A stretch of DNA of 62,793 nt, the filler included, from Chiloscyllium plagiosum (taxonomy: Eukaryota): the NCBI RefSeq assembly GCF_004010195.1. It is 6 parts of 2 records of this genome, joined end to end, with 100 filler letters (N's around TTAATTAATTAA, not from the genome) between each part and the next. Parts side by side here need not be neighbours in the genome. Positions count along the whole stretch, not along the records: positions 1 to 25,784 come from NC_057710.1; 5 more parts are not named here. One strand, 5' to 3'. Below, in pieces: positions 12,850 to 25,784 of the stretch; the first letter of the stretch is position 1, and every line of letters starts with the position of its first letter. Below the pieces are notes generated by a model, which had not been told where the DNA came from, searched no databases, and saw only the letters and a program-made list of their open reading frames with translations. The position numbers and the translations under genes are program-made.

Positions 12850-13200
12850 GAGGAGAGAAGAGGAGGAACATTACTCAGACGTATCAATGGTTGCATGGAG
12901 CAGGTTTGGAAGACAACCATCAAAGAAAATAGTTGTTGCATGCATCTATTAACTGTCTTTATAGATGTCTGAAACTGCAGCATAATGTCACAAATCAACC
13001 CCACCTTCATGTGGCTATCTTGCTAGAGGAACCAGCAATATATGATGCAGTAGCAACAGCCACAGGCTGTGGATCAGCCTCCAGAAGAATAACATCCAAG
13101 TCAACAGAGGCCACATGAATGATGGATTTGGTGGAGTCTACTTAAATAACAGACTGGCTGGGTGGCAATCCAATGCTAGTTGTGTTGAAACTAACTGCCT
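12850..13200 (-). mobile_element. Possible degenerate Harbinger transposase relic
   Basis: Minus-strand LLEADPQPVAVATASYIAGS resembles the HARBI1-like LQP..PVAVKVT..ASGS region. Confidence 0.3.
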
Positions 13201-13343
13201 TGAAGTTAACAGCTGTCTTCAACATTTATGTAAGTCGCTTGTTTCAGGAAATCACAGCATTTTTTTCACAGTATAGAATTCAGCCCACTGTGTTTGCAAT
13301 TGTAGTCTGAATGAGCATCTCAATTACGTTCTGCTTCTAGTGC

Positions 13344-13733
13344 TGAAAATGTGTTGCTGGAAAAGCGCAGCAGGTCAGGCAGCATCCAAGGAGCAGGAGA
13401 ATCGACGTTTCCGGCATGAGCCCTTCTTCAGGAATGTGGAAAGTGTGTCCAGCAGGCTAAGATAAAAGTAGGGAGGAGGGACTTGGGGGAGAGGCGTTGG
13501 AAATGCGATAGGTGGAACCTCCTTCCACCTATCGCATTTCCAACGCCCCTCCCCCAAGTCCCTCCTCCCTACCTTTTCTCTTTGCCTGCTTGGCACACTT
13601 TCCTCATTCCTGAAGAAGGGCTCATGCCGGAAACGTCGATTCTCCTGCTCCTTGGATGCTGCCTGACCTGCTGCGCTTTTCCAGCAACACATTTTCAGCT
13701 CTGATCTCCAGCATCTGCAGTCCTCACTTTCTC
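13344..13733. mobile_element. Palindromic Penelope pLTR insertion with 13-bp TSD
   Basis: Arms about 13342-13517 and 13523-13699 are near-perfect reverse complements. TSD ctgcttctagtgc at 13331-13343 and 13734-13746. Confidence 0.9.
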
Positions 13734-13799
13734 CTGCTTCTAGTGCCCAATGAAACTGACCTCTGTCACAAGGAAAACGTCCACTATTTCCCCCCCCAA

Positions 13800-15020
13800 A
13801 AAACATGTTAATCTCCATGGAAGACTTTGACAGAAGAAATTCCTCCTCATCTCTGCCTTGCCTGGTTGACTCCTAATTCTGAACTTAAGCCTGACAGTCC
13901 TAACCTCTCCCATAAGGGGAAACAACATCTCAGAATTTACTCTGTCAAGCCCCTTAAGAATTTTATATTTAAAAAGGTCACCTCGCATTCTTCAAAACTC
14001 AAGTGGGTGGAGACCCAACCTACTCAACTGTTCCTCATTTCACAATCCTTCTATACCAACTGAATGAACCTTCTTTGGACTGCCTCCTATGTTAGTATAT
14101 CCTTCCTTAAAAAAAGGATATCAAACTGTTGATAGTATTTCATGTGTACTGTAAGTTATGCCCTTTTTTGGCAAGATTTAGAGTCATACAGCATGGAAAC
14201 AGACCCTCAGTCCAACCAGTCCACACTGACCATGTTCCTAAACTAAACTAGTCCCACCTGTCTGCACTGGCCCATATCCTTCCAAACCTTTCCTATTCAT
14301 GTACTTATCCAAATGTCTTTTAAACGCTGTAACTGTACCTGCATCCACCTCTTCCTTTTGCAGTTTATTCTATACACAAACTACTTTCCATGTAAAAAAG
14401 TTGATCCTCATGTCCTTTTTAAATCTTTCTCCTCTCACCTTAAAAATATGCCCCCTAATTTTGAACACCCCAACTTAGGGAAAAGACCTTTGTTATTCAT
14501 CTCATCCATACCCCTCATGATTTTATAAGGTCACTATGAGTTCCCTGATTGAGGCTGTTAACCTGGTTCAATCAGGGAGTCCTGGTTGACAGATAGAAAC
14601 AGGAGTGTCAAAGGTTCTGTGCACTCTGACGGCTGGCTCTGAGAAAGACGGACCGGCGTCAAGTACTATGCACGTGTAAATAAAGGTTGACCTGGTGAAC
14701 GATACAACCTCCTACACTCCAGTTAAACTTCCTTATATTTATTCTCCATTCCCTTTGAAATATAGGCCAACATTCCATTTGCTGTCTCTATTATCTGCTG
14801 AATTTGGATGACAGCTTTTTGTCATTTACGTACCCACAAATCCCTCTGTGGGGTAGCTTTCTGCAGTCTTCCTCAATTTAAATAACATTTATTTCTTTTC
14901 CTTTTGCCAAAGTGCATAATTTCATTGCCAGTATTATACTCCAGCTGCTGTGTTTTTGCCCACTCACTTAACCTGTCTACATCCCTCTTTATACTCTATA
15001 TGTCATCTTCACCTTTCTCT
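13800..15020 (-). mobile_element. Nested CR1 fragments
   Basis: MRGDLFKYKILKGLDRV..RRNFF on the minus strand, with a second CR1 3' end at about 14180-14530. Confidence 0.8.
14536..14715 (+). mobile_element. Partial solo LTR (same family as 54973)
   Basis: tatgagttccctgatt..aatcag..aaacaggagtg..AATAAA, shared with 55003-55076. Confidence 0.6.
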
Positions 15021-15107
15021 ATCTAGTTTTGTTTTTTCAGTTTTATTGTGAAACATCTCTAATGGGGAAAATGGAGGTGACCAACACAAGCTTCTGTTTT
15101 ATTGCAG

Positions 15108-15373
15108 GCCTACAATGAGCAAAGTGCTGGATTTTAAGTATGCAACCAGACCTTTAACCTTGGAAATTCTGGTGGAGATGGGAATTTCTTGCCTTTGTGC
15201 TCAAAAGGATTTGCCATTCAAATCGTGAAACAACTTGCATGCATAAACAGCAAGATGAAAACTGCATGATTGTGCGATATAATATGTCCCAACCGTAAGC
15301 AGAAATGACGGGTTTAAATCTTATATTTAGAATATTGGAAGATTCCTTGCAGTGTCCATTTACCAAATTATCA
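15108..15373 (+). pseudogene. Pseudo-exon, TAGT repeat 1, 5' part (interrupted by a Penelope/CR1 insertion)
   Basis: Acceptor ttctgttttattgcag. VLDFKYATRPLTLEILV / GFAIQIVKQLACINSKMKTA* / FRILEDS versus GREB1 LLNLYHAMEGASHLHVLV / GAAHFLIKELSYHNLELERNR / FIVISDDS. Frameshifts lie between the blocks. Confidence 0.65.
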
Positions 15374-15377
15374 AGTC

Positions 15378-18300
15378 ATAGAAAGCGAGGACTGCAGTTG
15401 GTGGAGATCAGAGTCGAGTGTGTGGTACTGGAAAAACATAGCAGGTCAGGCAGCATCCAAGGAGCAGGAGAATCGAAGTTTCGGGCATCAGCCCTTCATC
15501 AGCAATAAGGCTTGTAAGACCAAGGGGCTGAGAGATAAATGGGAGTGTGGTATGGCTAGGGGGAAGGTAGCTGAGGATGTAATGGGTAGATGAAAGAGAG
15601 GGAGAAGGTGATAGGCTGGAGAGGAGGGTGGAACGGATAGATGGGAAAGGTGATGGACAGATCCGGAGTGCAGTGCCAAGTTGGAGACTCGGGGCTGGGA
15701 TAATGTTGGGGGGGAAGTGAGGAAACTGTTGAAATCCACATTGATCCCATGTGGTTGCAGGGTCCCAAGGCAGAATATGAGGTATTCTCCTTCCAGGCGT
15801 CGTGTGGTAAGGGTCTGGCGATGGAGGAGGCCCAGGACCTGCATACCCTTGACGGAGTGGAGCGGGGGGTGGATTTGAAATGTTCAGCCACGGGGCGGTG
15901 GGGCTGATTAGTGTAGGTGTTCCAGAGATGTTCTCTGAAATGATCCGCTAGGAGGCGTCCTGACTCCCTGATGTAGAGAAGACCACATCGGGTGCAACAG
16001 ATACTGTGGATTACTTTGGTGGAGGTACAGGTACATTTCTGTTGAATGTGGAAGGATCCTTTGGGGCTTTGGACGCAAGTGAGGTGAGTGGTGTGGGCGC
16101 AGGATTTGCACTTCCTGCGGTGGCAGCGAAAGGTGCCAGGAGTGGGGTGTGAGTTGGTGGGGGTGTGAACCTGACGAGGGAGTTGTGATGGGAATGGTCT
16201 CTTGCAGAAGGACCAGAGACTGGTCCGGTATTTGACTAACCACAGGCATTGACTACAAGCTCACCAACACCTAGAGCTACCTAGACTACACCTCCTTCCA
16301 CCCAACCTCCTGTAAAAACACCATCCCTTATTCCCAATTCCTCTGTCTCCGCCTCATCTGTTCCCAGGGTGACCAATTCCACCTTAGAAAATCCCAGGTG
16401 GCCTCCTTTTTCCAAGATCGCAATATCCCCTTCCAGGTGGTCAACGATGCCCTCCAGCACATCTCCACTTCCCGCACCACAGTCCTTGAACCCCACCCCT
16501 CCCAACGCAACAAGGACAGAACCACCCTCCCACCCCGGTCCTCACCTTCCAGCCCACCAACCTCTGCACATATCGCATCATCCTCCGCCACTTTCACCAC
16601 CTACAAACGGACCCCACCACCAGAGAATTATTTCCCTACCCACCCCTATTGTGTTCCAGAAAGACCATTCCCTCCACGACTCCCTCGTCAGGTCTACACA
16701 GCCCCACCAGACCACACCCCCTCCCAGCGCCTTCCCCTAACACCGCAGGAAGTGCAAAACCAGCGTCCACACCACTCCCCTCACCTCTGTTCAAGGTCCA
16801 AAAGGATCCTTCTACATCCAACATAAATGTACATGTACTTCCACCAATGTAATCTACTGTATCTATTGCACCCGATGTGGTCTCCTCTACATCGTGGAGA
16901 CAGGACGCCTCCTAGCAGATCATTTCAGAGCAAACTGTTTAGTAGACAGTGAAGTGGAAACTAGAGACTGTAAGGATGAAGTTAGCATTACCAAGGGGAA
17001 GAGTAGGCAGAGAGCAGATGAACGCAAAGAAATTGGTGAGCTGAAGCGCATATATTTTAATGCAAGGAGTACAGTGGGTAAGGCAGACAACTTAGGGCTT
17101 GAATTGGTGCCTGGGAGTATGACGTTATTGCGATCAGAGAGGCTTGGTTGAAGGAAGGGCATGATTGGTAACTCAATGTTCCAGGATATAGATGCTTCAG
17201 ACAGGACAGGGAGAGAAGTAAAAGGGGGGGTGGAGTGTGTAGGAGTTGCATTGCTGGTCAGGGATGATATCACGGCTGTGCTAAAGGAGGACACCATGGA
17301 GGGCTTGAGCACTGAGGCATTATGGGTAGAGCTGAGAAATAAGAAGGGTGCAGTTACATTGTTGAGGCTGTACCACAGGCCTCCCAACAGTGAGTGTGAG
17401 GTAGAAGAACAAATAGGTAAACAAATTATGGAAAGGTGTAGAAGCAACAGGGTGGTGGTGATGGGAGATTTTAATTTTCCCAACATTGACTGGAATACAC
17501 TTAGTGGCAAAGGTCTGGATGGGGCAGAATTTGTAAAGCGCTTCCAGCAAGTTTTCTGGAGCGTTATGTTAATCGTCCAACTGGGGGAAAGGCCATATTG
17601 GACCTGGTGTTGGGGAATGAGGCAGCCAGGTAGTAGAAGTTGCAGTGGGGGATACCTTTGGGAATAATGCCCACAATTCTATAAGTTTTAGAGTACTCAT
17701 AGACAAAAATGAGAGTGGTCCGAAGGGAAGAGTACTAAATTGGGCCAAGGCCAATTATATCAAAATTCGGTAGGAGCTGGTAAATGTGGTTTGGGAGCAG
17801 CTATTTGAAGGGAAGTTCACATTTGATATGGGGAGGCTTTCAAAGATAGGCTTCCCTTCAAATAGGCATGTCCCTTTGAAAACAAAGGATAGGAAAGGCA
17901 AGATTTGTGAACTGTGGATGACAGGAGAAATCGTGCAACTAGTCAAGAGGAAAAGGAAAGCATACACAAGGTCCAGGCAGCTAAGAACAGATCAGGCCTT
18001 GGAGGAATATCAAGATAGTAGGACCAATCTTAAATGAGGAATCAAGTGGGCTAAAATGGGTCATGAAATAACTTTAGCGAGTAGAATTAAGGAGAATCCC
18101 AAGGCCTTTTATTCATATATAAGAAGCAAGAGGGTAACTAGAGAAAGGGTTGGTCCACTAAAGGATAAGGAAGGAAGGTTGTGTGTCGAACCTGAGAAAA
18201 TGGGTGAGATTCTGAATGATTACTTTGCATCAGTGTTCACTGAGGAGAGGGACATGATGAATGTTGAAATTAGAGATAGAAGTTTGTTTACTCTGGATCA

Positions 18301-20524
18301 CGTTGACATAAGGAGGGAAGGCGCGTTGGGTAAGCTAAAGGATATTAAGGTGGACAAATACCCAGGACTGGATGGGATCTATCCCAGGTTGCTGAGGGAG
18401 GTGAGAGAGGGAATAGCTGGAGCCCTGACAGATACCTTTAAGCATTCTTAAACACAGGTAAAGTGCTGGAAGACTGGAGGGTTGCTAATGTGGTCCCCCT
18501 GTACAAGAAGGATAGTAGGGATATTCCAGGTAACAACAGACCAGTGAGCTTTACGTCAGTGGTGGGAAAGTTGCTAGAGAAGGTACTGAGGAATAGAATC
18601 TATTATATTTATAAATATATTTATATTAGGCTTATCAGTGATAGGCAACATGGTTTTGTGCGGAGGAGATCATGCCTCACAAACTTAATAGAGTTCTTTG
18701 AGGAAGTAACCAAGTTCATAGATAAAGGAAGGGCTGTAGATATCATATACATGGACTTTAGCAAGGTGTTTGATAAGGTTCCCCATGGTAAACTAATGGA
18801 GAAAGTGAAGTCACATGATGTGCAGGGTGTTCTAGCTAGGTGGATAAAGAACTGGTTGAGCAATAGGAGACAGAGAGTACTAGTTGAAGGGAGTTTTTCA
18901 AAATGGAGAAAGGTGACCAGTCGTGTTCCACAGGAATCAGTGCTGGGGCCATTATTGTTTGTGATATACATAAATGATCTGGAAGAGGGCATTGTTGATC
19001 TGATCAGTACGTTTACAGATGACATGAAGATTGGTGGAGTAGCAGAAAGCATAGGGGGCTGTCAAAGAATACAGGAGAATATAGATAGACTGGAGAGTTG
19101 GGCTGAGAAGTGGCAGATGGAGTTCAATCTGGGCAAATGTGAGGTGATACATTTTGGGAGGTCTAATTCTAGAGCGAACTATACTGTAAACTGAAGAGCC
19201 TTGGGAAAGGTTGATGAGCAGAGAGATCTGGGAGTTCAGGTCCACTGTACCCTGAAGGTGGTTGCACAGATGGATACAGTGGTCAAGAAGGGATATGGTA
19301 TGTTTGGCTTCATTGGACAGGGTACTGAATATAAGAGCTGGCAGGTCATGTTAAAATTTTACAAGACTTTGGTTCGGCTGTATTTAGAATACGGTGTACA
19401 GTTCTGGTCAACACATTACCAAAAGGATGTGGATGCTTTGGAGAGGGTGCAGAGAAGGTTTATGAGGATATTGCCTGGTATGGAAGGTGCTAGCTATGAA
19501 GAGAGGTTGAGTAGGTTATAATTGTTTTCATGTAAAAAAAGGAGATTGGGGGGGGGACCTGATTGAGATCTACAAAATCATGAAGGGTGTAGACAGGGTA
19601 GATAGAGATAAGCTTTTTCCCAGGGTGAGGGATTCAATAACAAGAGGTCACACGTTCAAGGTGAGAGGTGAAAAGTTTAAGGGGGATACACACGGAAAGT
19701 ACTTTACACAGAGGGTGGTAGGTGCCTGGAACGCGTTGCCAGCAGAAGTAGTAGAGGCAAGCATGGTAGACTCAGTTAAGGTGCATCTGGACAGATGCAT
19801 GAGTAGGTGAGAAGCAGAGAGATATAGATCCTTAGGAATTCAGAGATAGGTTTAGGCCGTGGATTTGGATCGGCACCGGCTTGGAGGGCCGAAGGGCCTG
19901 TTGGGCTGTACACTTTCTTTGTTCTCTTTGTTCTTAACATCTCTGGGATACCTGTACCAACCAACCCCATTGCCCCATAGCTAAACACTTCAACTCCCCC
20001 TCCCACTCTGTGAAGGACATGCAGGTCCTGGGCCTCCTCCATTGACAAATCCTTACCACCTGATGCCTGGAGGAAGAATGCCTCATATTCCATCTTGGGA
20101 CCCTGCAACCACATTGATCAATGTGGATTTCAACAGTTTCCTCATTCCAGCTACCCTCCCCCGCAACCCCCCCCACCCCACCCCACCCCACATTATCCCA
20201 GTCCCAAGCCTTCAGCTTGGCACCGCCCTCTTGACCTGTCCATCACCTTTTCCATCTATCCGCACCACCCTCCTCTCCGACCTCCTTTCCCATCTATCTG
20301 CTCCACCCTCCTCTCCGACCTATCACCTTCTCCCTCACCTTCACATACCTATTGCATTCTCAGCTACCTTCCCCCTAGCCCCATCCCCTCCCATTGATCT
20401 TTCAGCACCCTGGTCCACAAGCCTCATTCCTGATGAAGGGCTTAATGCCCAAAACATCGATTCTCCTGCTCCTCGGATGCTGTCTGACCTGCTGTGCTTT
20501 TCCAGCACGACACTCTTGACTCAT
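15378..20524. mobile_element. Composite Penelope-like element (inverted 5' arm, RT/GIY-YIG, pLTR) with a nested CR1
   Basis: The minus arm about 15380-16220 mirrors the plus arm 16250-16931 + 19936-20520. GIY-YIG (NVIYCIYCTRCGLLYIVETGR) is split by the CR1. TSD caaattatca at 15364-15373 and 20525-20534. Confidence 0.85.
16933..19935 (+). mobile_element. CR1 LINE, about 3 kb, disrupted ORF2 (APE endonuclease + RT)
   Basis: VVMGDFNFPNIDW, NPKAFYSYI, QHGFVRRRSCLTNLIEFF, YMDFSKVFDKVPH and W.MEFN motifs, with stops and frameshifts. Confidence 0.95.
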
Positions 20525-20534
20525 CAAATTATCA

Positions 20535-20847
20535 GTCAGGCTTGCACTTACATCTGCTCGAAGCTATATGCTTTTATACTCGGGGCCTTGCACATTGCAA
20601 ACAGAAAGAACATATCTATATGTTGCATCTTTTCAAACTATTTTCTGATGCATACCCAACGGGCAATACTTTGATCAATCCAAGTCAACTTGATTGGTTT
20701 GAATTTAAACAAAAATTTCACATTCTTGTGATTCTGTACTGATGAGTGCAAGATAAAAAGATTCAATGGCAAATCGCTTTCTTCAGCAATATTCAAGTTC
20801 TAAACTACCGAACAATTACATTTGTTCATTATTCATCTACTGCTAAT
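20535..20847 (+). pseudogene. Pseudo-exon, TAGT repeat 1, 3' part
   Basis: Joined to 15373 across the TSD it reads VSIYQIISQACTYICSKLYAFILG versus GREB1 VSLKHIMQHIEAAPDIMHYALLG (same VS-x16-YA spacing). SICCIFSNYFLM and DWFEFKQKFHILVIL follow, versus SRCHVHNFIIL and DDVDFNLRVHSAGLL. Confidence 0.65.
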
Positions 20848-21205
20848 GTTAGTTTTGCATTCAATGTTTCTGAAACATTATGTAAAACAGAGGAAGTGAG
20901 AAAATCAAAGGGATTTGGATCCTTAATGCCCATTTGATGCAATTTTCAGACATGTAAATGGAGCTCTTAAAAACTGCATAGAATTCAGATGTTTATATAT
21001 AAGTAATCTTTACATATTTCAAGCTCCTGTACTTTGTGCCAATTTATAGGCTGACAGAGTGATTGCCCACAAAGGCCAATAGTGTGATTCCGCAAAGGCA
21101 CATATGGCCAGGCTACCAAGGGACAATAGATTTATGGCACTTACAGACGCTTGAGAACTCAGCAACATCAATGTGTAGCTGGCTCATAATCACCAAAATT
21201 AAATA

Positions 21206-21612
21206 CAGTAGCGCCTTGACTTACGAACTTAATCCGTTCTGGGACCTGGTTCGTGAACCGAAAAGTTCGCGAACTGAACCAATTTTTCCATTGTTTGGAT
21301 ATTTCCGGAGTCTTTTCTCTTTTTTGTCTCTTGGAGATTGGTGATGCCACAAAAAATCGATCCATAGAAACTTGTTTTTTCCTTTGTTGCAGAATTTTCC
21401 GAAAATGGGACATCACATTGTCATTTAAAATGTTCACTGCTCTGTTGGTCACAGTTTTGTTAGGGTGATGCCTCTCAACAAAAGCCTGCACTTCACTCCA
21501 TTTGTTCGTACTTTGAATTTCGTACATACGTTGAGGCAAAATTTTACGTCCAATCCTGTTCGTAAACCGATTTGTTCGTGAACGGGGTTGTTCGTATGTC
21601 GAGGCACTACTG
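21206..21612 (-). mobile_element. Tigger/pogo (Tc1-mariner) internally deleted DNA transposon
   Basis: TIRs CAGTAGCGCCTTGACTTACGAAC / GTTCGTATGTCGAGGCACTACTG with TA TSD. Internal TIGD1-like C-terminal peptide (FVERHHPNK..NDNVMSHFRKILQQRKKQVSMDRF). Confidence 0.9.
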
Positions 21613-22849
21613 TACTGCAAACATATACATGCTTCCCAAGGAGCTTTTGTGACTTGTACATTCTAGTCAGTCTCAGGAATCACCACCGTTTCACCTCCAC
21701 TTGGCATCTGCAGGGTTGGCTCCTTGTGCAGGGGACACTCTCAGAAGTCTAGACATAACTTGTTTGGAAACCCAAAGCTTTGCAAAGCAAAGATACAATG
21801 CAAGATCAATACAGTCCGTTGGACTGTCTGCTGAAGATGAGATTCTACTGCCTGTGCCACAGACAACATCTTAGGTCATTGCACTCTGCTGCACCCAGTA
21901 AATAGGTAAGGAACTGCCAGTTGAGATGAAGCAGCCAGATTCATTGATTAGCAAAAACGAAGGGGAAAAATCAGAAGATCCTATGGTGATGCATTGTGTA
22001 GCTTCAGCTACAGATGGAGCGATTTGTCAGACAGGACCACAATGACTGACTTAATCTCCCTTGCAGGATGCTTAGATTACTACTTCCATGGATGTCTCTG
22101 CAAATGCCTTCAGATCCAGCAAACTTACCAACCGACAGATGGCTGACCTTTAGTATCTAGAAAGGAAAAGGCTTGATGGCTTCAACATGAGCAAGAACAT
22201 ATTCATGGATCTGTCCAAGCTTCACACATTTTGGACTTGATTCAGTTCCACATGCTCCACTCTTGGTTAGGCTACCTCAGTACACTGAGTTTACTTGCAA
22301 AATACAGATTCCTTTAGCTGCAGAAGATGCTGAGACAACAGCATTTGCAAGGTAATAAAGGGATAAGTAACATATCTTGACTTTCCAGTGATGGTGTACT
22401 CCCCTGAACTAAGAAACGTTGACAAACGTGGAAACCATTCAATGTCAAGGATCCCAGATTTGCCAACACATCAAAGATTCAACAATAAATTATGAATCCT
22501 TCAGCCCCATATCAGCCATCACTGAGCTTCTTTGAATGCAAAAACTCTTAAAAGCCCCCAAATGGTTTCAAATGTCCCCAAATAATCAACACATATGAAT
22601 AAGGTTCTCAAAACGATATATTTAAAAGTAAACACATTGCTGTAGAATGATTGGACACCCATGCCACTTTTGAGAATTAGAAGGTTTTGCACTTAAGTTT
22701 TTGACCACTATGCCTTTGTGCAATCCTGATATCCACAACTGAGGTCGAGGTAACTTGATGAGTTCTATGCCCTGTTCCCTGAGATGATCTTGGTAGCTGT
22801 CCTGTGGTGGACCAAGACTTCAACCTGCTAATTGGCAGGTATACATTGC

Positions 22850-23100
22850 CATTTGATTGTAAGCCTAATCGCCTGGAGGCACAGGTGGAGGTGAGGAGCA
22901 GTGTTTCACCTATCCCTAGAGGTTTGAATTGTGCCACTTACCCTTGCAGAGCGCTGAAGGTTGTTGCAGCACTGAATCCAATTCATTGTCGACTCTATGG
23001 TTGCTCACCTCTGCTGCAATCCATTAAGGACACGTTGGTCAGGCAGGAGAGTCTCCTGCTGTCACCACTGGGGCCATTTGTTCTCTGCACTGAGACATTA
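22850..23100 (+). mobile_element. Degenerate Harbinger transposase fragment
   Basis: ALKVVAALN..IKDTLVRQ resembles HARBI1-like AVKVTVALN..VTDAL. Confidence 0.4.
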
Positions 23101-23249
23101 CTTAAAAACAGCAAGTGGTTGCAGCAGCAGTTACAGATTTTCAAGGGATCAGATTGGCAGTTTACAGCAGTTGATTTTTCAAGCTATTCACAAACACAGC
23201 CAGGCTGAAGCTTCTGGTTTTCACACAAGTATATACTTTATTCTTAAAA

Positions 23250-23588
23250 TTCATAGAATCCTTACAGTGTGGAAATGCGCTATTTGGCCCAACAAGTCCA
23301 CGCTGACCCTCTGAAGAATAACCCATCCAGACCCATTCTCCTACTCTATTACTCTACATTTATCCCTAACCTGCACATCCCTGAACACAATGGGCAATTT
23401 AGCATGGCAATTCACATAAACTGCACATCTTTGGATTGTGGGAAGAAACCAGAGCACTGGAGGAAATCCACGCAGACCACGGGGAGAATGTGCAAACTCC
23501 ACACAGATAGTCATCTGAGTCTGGAATTGAACCTGGGTTCCTGGCGCTGTGAAGAAGCAGTGCTAACCACTGAGCCACCATGCTGCCC
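23250..23588 (-). mobile_element. V-SINE (HE1-like)
   Basis: Same head and V-domain as the other copies. Confidence 0.85.
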
Positions 23589-23889
23589 TTATGTTTTTAT
23601 TAATCCTGCCCCTCAGAAGTTTTTTCCAGTGATGGCTTCTTTTATCAATAATGCAAGGCCTCCCTGTCCCAGCCATACCTGAAATTTACTTGGATATATT
23701 TTAAATATGGCACTCTGTCCACCCTTTCAGCTCTTCATCACTGAATGTCTAATTAGCTTGCTGCCTGTGTGCCTATGTCTAACCATCTCTAAGCACTTCC
23801 CTCCTCGGCCTTCGGGATTCTTAATGTAACTACAAGATTCTACTCACTGACAACAGATTACCTGTGTTGAATGCTAAATTATGTGATGG

Positions 23890-24767
23890 AGGTGTAGAGG
23901 ACAGCAAAGAAGGTTATCTTGATCAGATGGGCCAATTGGCTGAGAAGTAACAGATGAAGTTTAAATTAGATAAATGTGAGGTGCTGCATTTTGGCAAAGC
24001 AAATCTTAGCAGGACTTATACACTTAATGGTAAGGTCCTCTGGAGTGTTGCCAAACAAGGAGACCTTGGAGTGCAGGTTCATAGCTCCTTGAAGGTGGAG
24101 TCGCAGGTAGATAGGATAGTGAAGAAGGCGTTTGGTATGCTTTCCTTTATTGGTCAGAGTATTGAGTACAGGAGTTGGGAGGTCATGTTGCGGCTGTACA
24201 GGACATTGGTTAGGCCACTGTTGGAATATTGCGTGCAATTCTGGTTTCCTTCCTATCGGAAAGATGTTGTGAAACTTGGAAGGGTTCAGAAAAGATTTAC
24301 TAGGATGTTGCCAGGTTTGGAGGATTTGAGCTATAGCGAGAGGTTGAATAGGCTAGGGCTCTTTTCCCTGGAACGTTGGAGGCTGAGGGGTGACCTTATA
24401 GAGGCTTACAAAATTATGAGGGGCATGGATAGGATAAATAGACAAAGTCTTTTCCCTGGAGTAGGGGAGTCCAGAACTAGAGGGCATAGGTTTACGGTGG
24501 GAGGGGAAAGATATAAAAGAGACCTAAGGGGCAACTTTTTCAAGCAGAGGGTGCTACATGTTTGAAATGAGCTGCCAGAAGAAGTGGTGGAAGCGAGTAC
24601 AATTGCAACATTTATAAGGCATCTGGATGGGTATGTGAATAGGAAGGGTTCGGAGGGATATGGGCTGGGTGCTGGCAGGTGGGACTAGATTGGGTTGGGT
24701 TATCTGGTTGGCATGGATGAGTTGGACCGGAGGGTCCGTTTCCATGCTGTACATCTCTATGACTCTA
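23890..24767 (+). mobile_element. CR1 LINE 3' fragment
   Basis: 203-aa ORF2 C-terminus (KCEVLHFG..LVRPLLEYCVQFW..LRGDLIE). Confidence 0.95.
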
Positions 24768-25784
24768 TGTCTGTATTGTTGTGGTTCTGTTCGCCGAGCT
24801 GGGAATTTGTGTTGCAGACGTTTCGTCCCCTGTCTCGGTGACATCCTCAGTGCTTGGGAGCCTCCTGTAAAGTGCTTCTGTGATGTTTCCTCCGGCATTT
24901 ATAGTGATTTGTACCTGCCGTTTCTGGTTGTCAGTTCCAGCTGTCTGCTGCAGTGGCCGGTATATTGGGTCCAGGTCGATGTGCTTATTATTTAATATGT
25001 GGATGAGTGTCATGCCTCTAGGAATTCCCTGGTGTTCTCTGTTTGGCTTGTCCTATAATAGTGATGTTGTCCCAGTTGAACTCATGTTGCTTGTCATCTG
25101 AGTGTGTGGCTACTAAGGATAGCTGGTCATGTCGTTTCGTGGCTGGTTGGTGTTCATGGATGCAGACCGTTAGCTGTCTTCCTGTTTGTCCTATGTAGTG
25201 TTTTGTGCAGTCCTTGCATGGGATTTTGTACACTACATTGGTTTTGCTCATGTTGGGTATCGGCCCTTCGTCCTGGTGAGTTGTTGTCTGAGAGTGGCTG
25301 TTGGTTTGTGTGCTGTTATGAGTCCTAGTGGTCGCAGTAGTCTGGCTGTCAGTTCAGAAATGTTTTTGATGTATGGTAGTGTGGCTAGTCCTTTGGGTTG
25401 TGGCATGTCCTCGTTCCGTTGTCTTTCCCTTAGGCATCTGTTGATGAAATTGCGGGGGTATCCGTTTTTGGCGAATACATTGTATAGGTGTTCTTCTGGT
25501 TCTGGTGTACTGCAATGTGTTGTGGCTCTTTTGAACAGTGTCTTGATGCAACTTCTTTAGTGTGTGTTGGGGTGGTTGCTTTCGTAGTGACTTGGTCTGT
25601 GTGTGTGGCTTTCCTGTATACCCTTGTGGTGAAATCTCCATTCTGTGTTCTCTGTACCATCACGTCTAGGAATGGGAGTTGGTTGTCTTTTTCTTCCTCT
25701 CTAGTGATTCGGATTCCTGTGAGTGTGTGGCGTTGATGATCCGGTGTGTGTTCTCTATTTCTGTGTTTTTAATGATTACAAAGG
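24768..25784 (-). mobile_element. Penelope-like element 3' half (GIY-YIG, hammerhead motif)
   Basis: NVVYKIPCKDCTKHYIGQTGRQL, VYRKATHTD, and minus-strand ctgaggatgtcacc..gacgaaacgtc. Confidence 0.9.
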
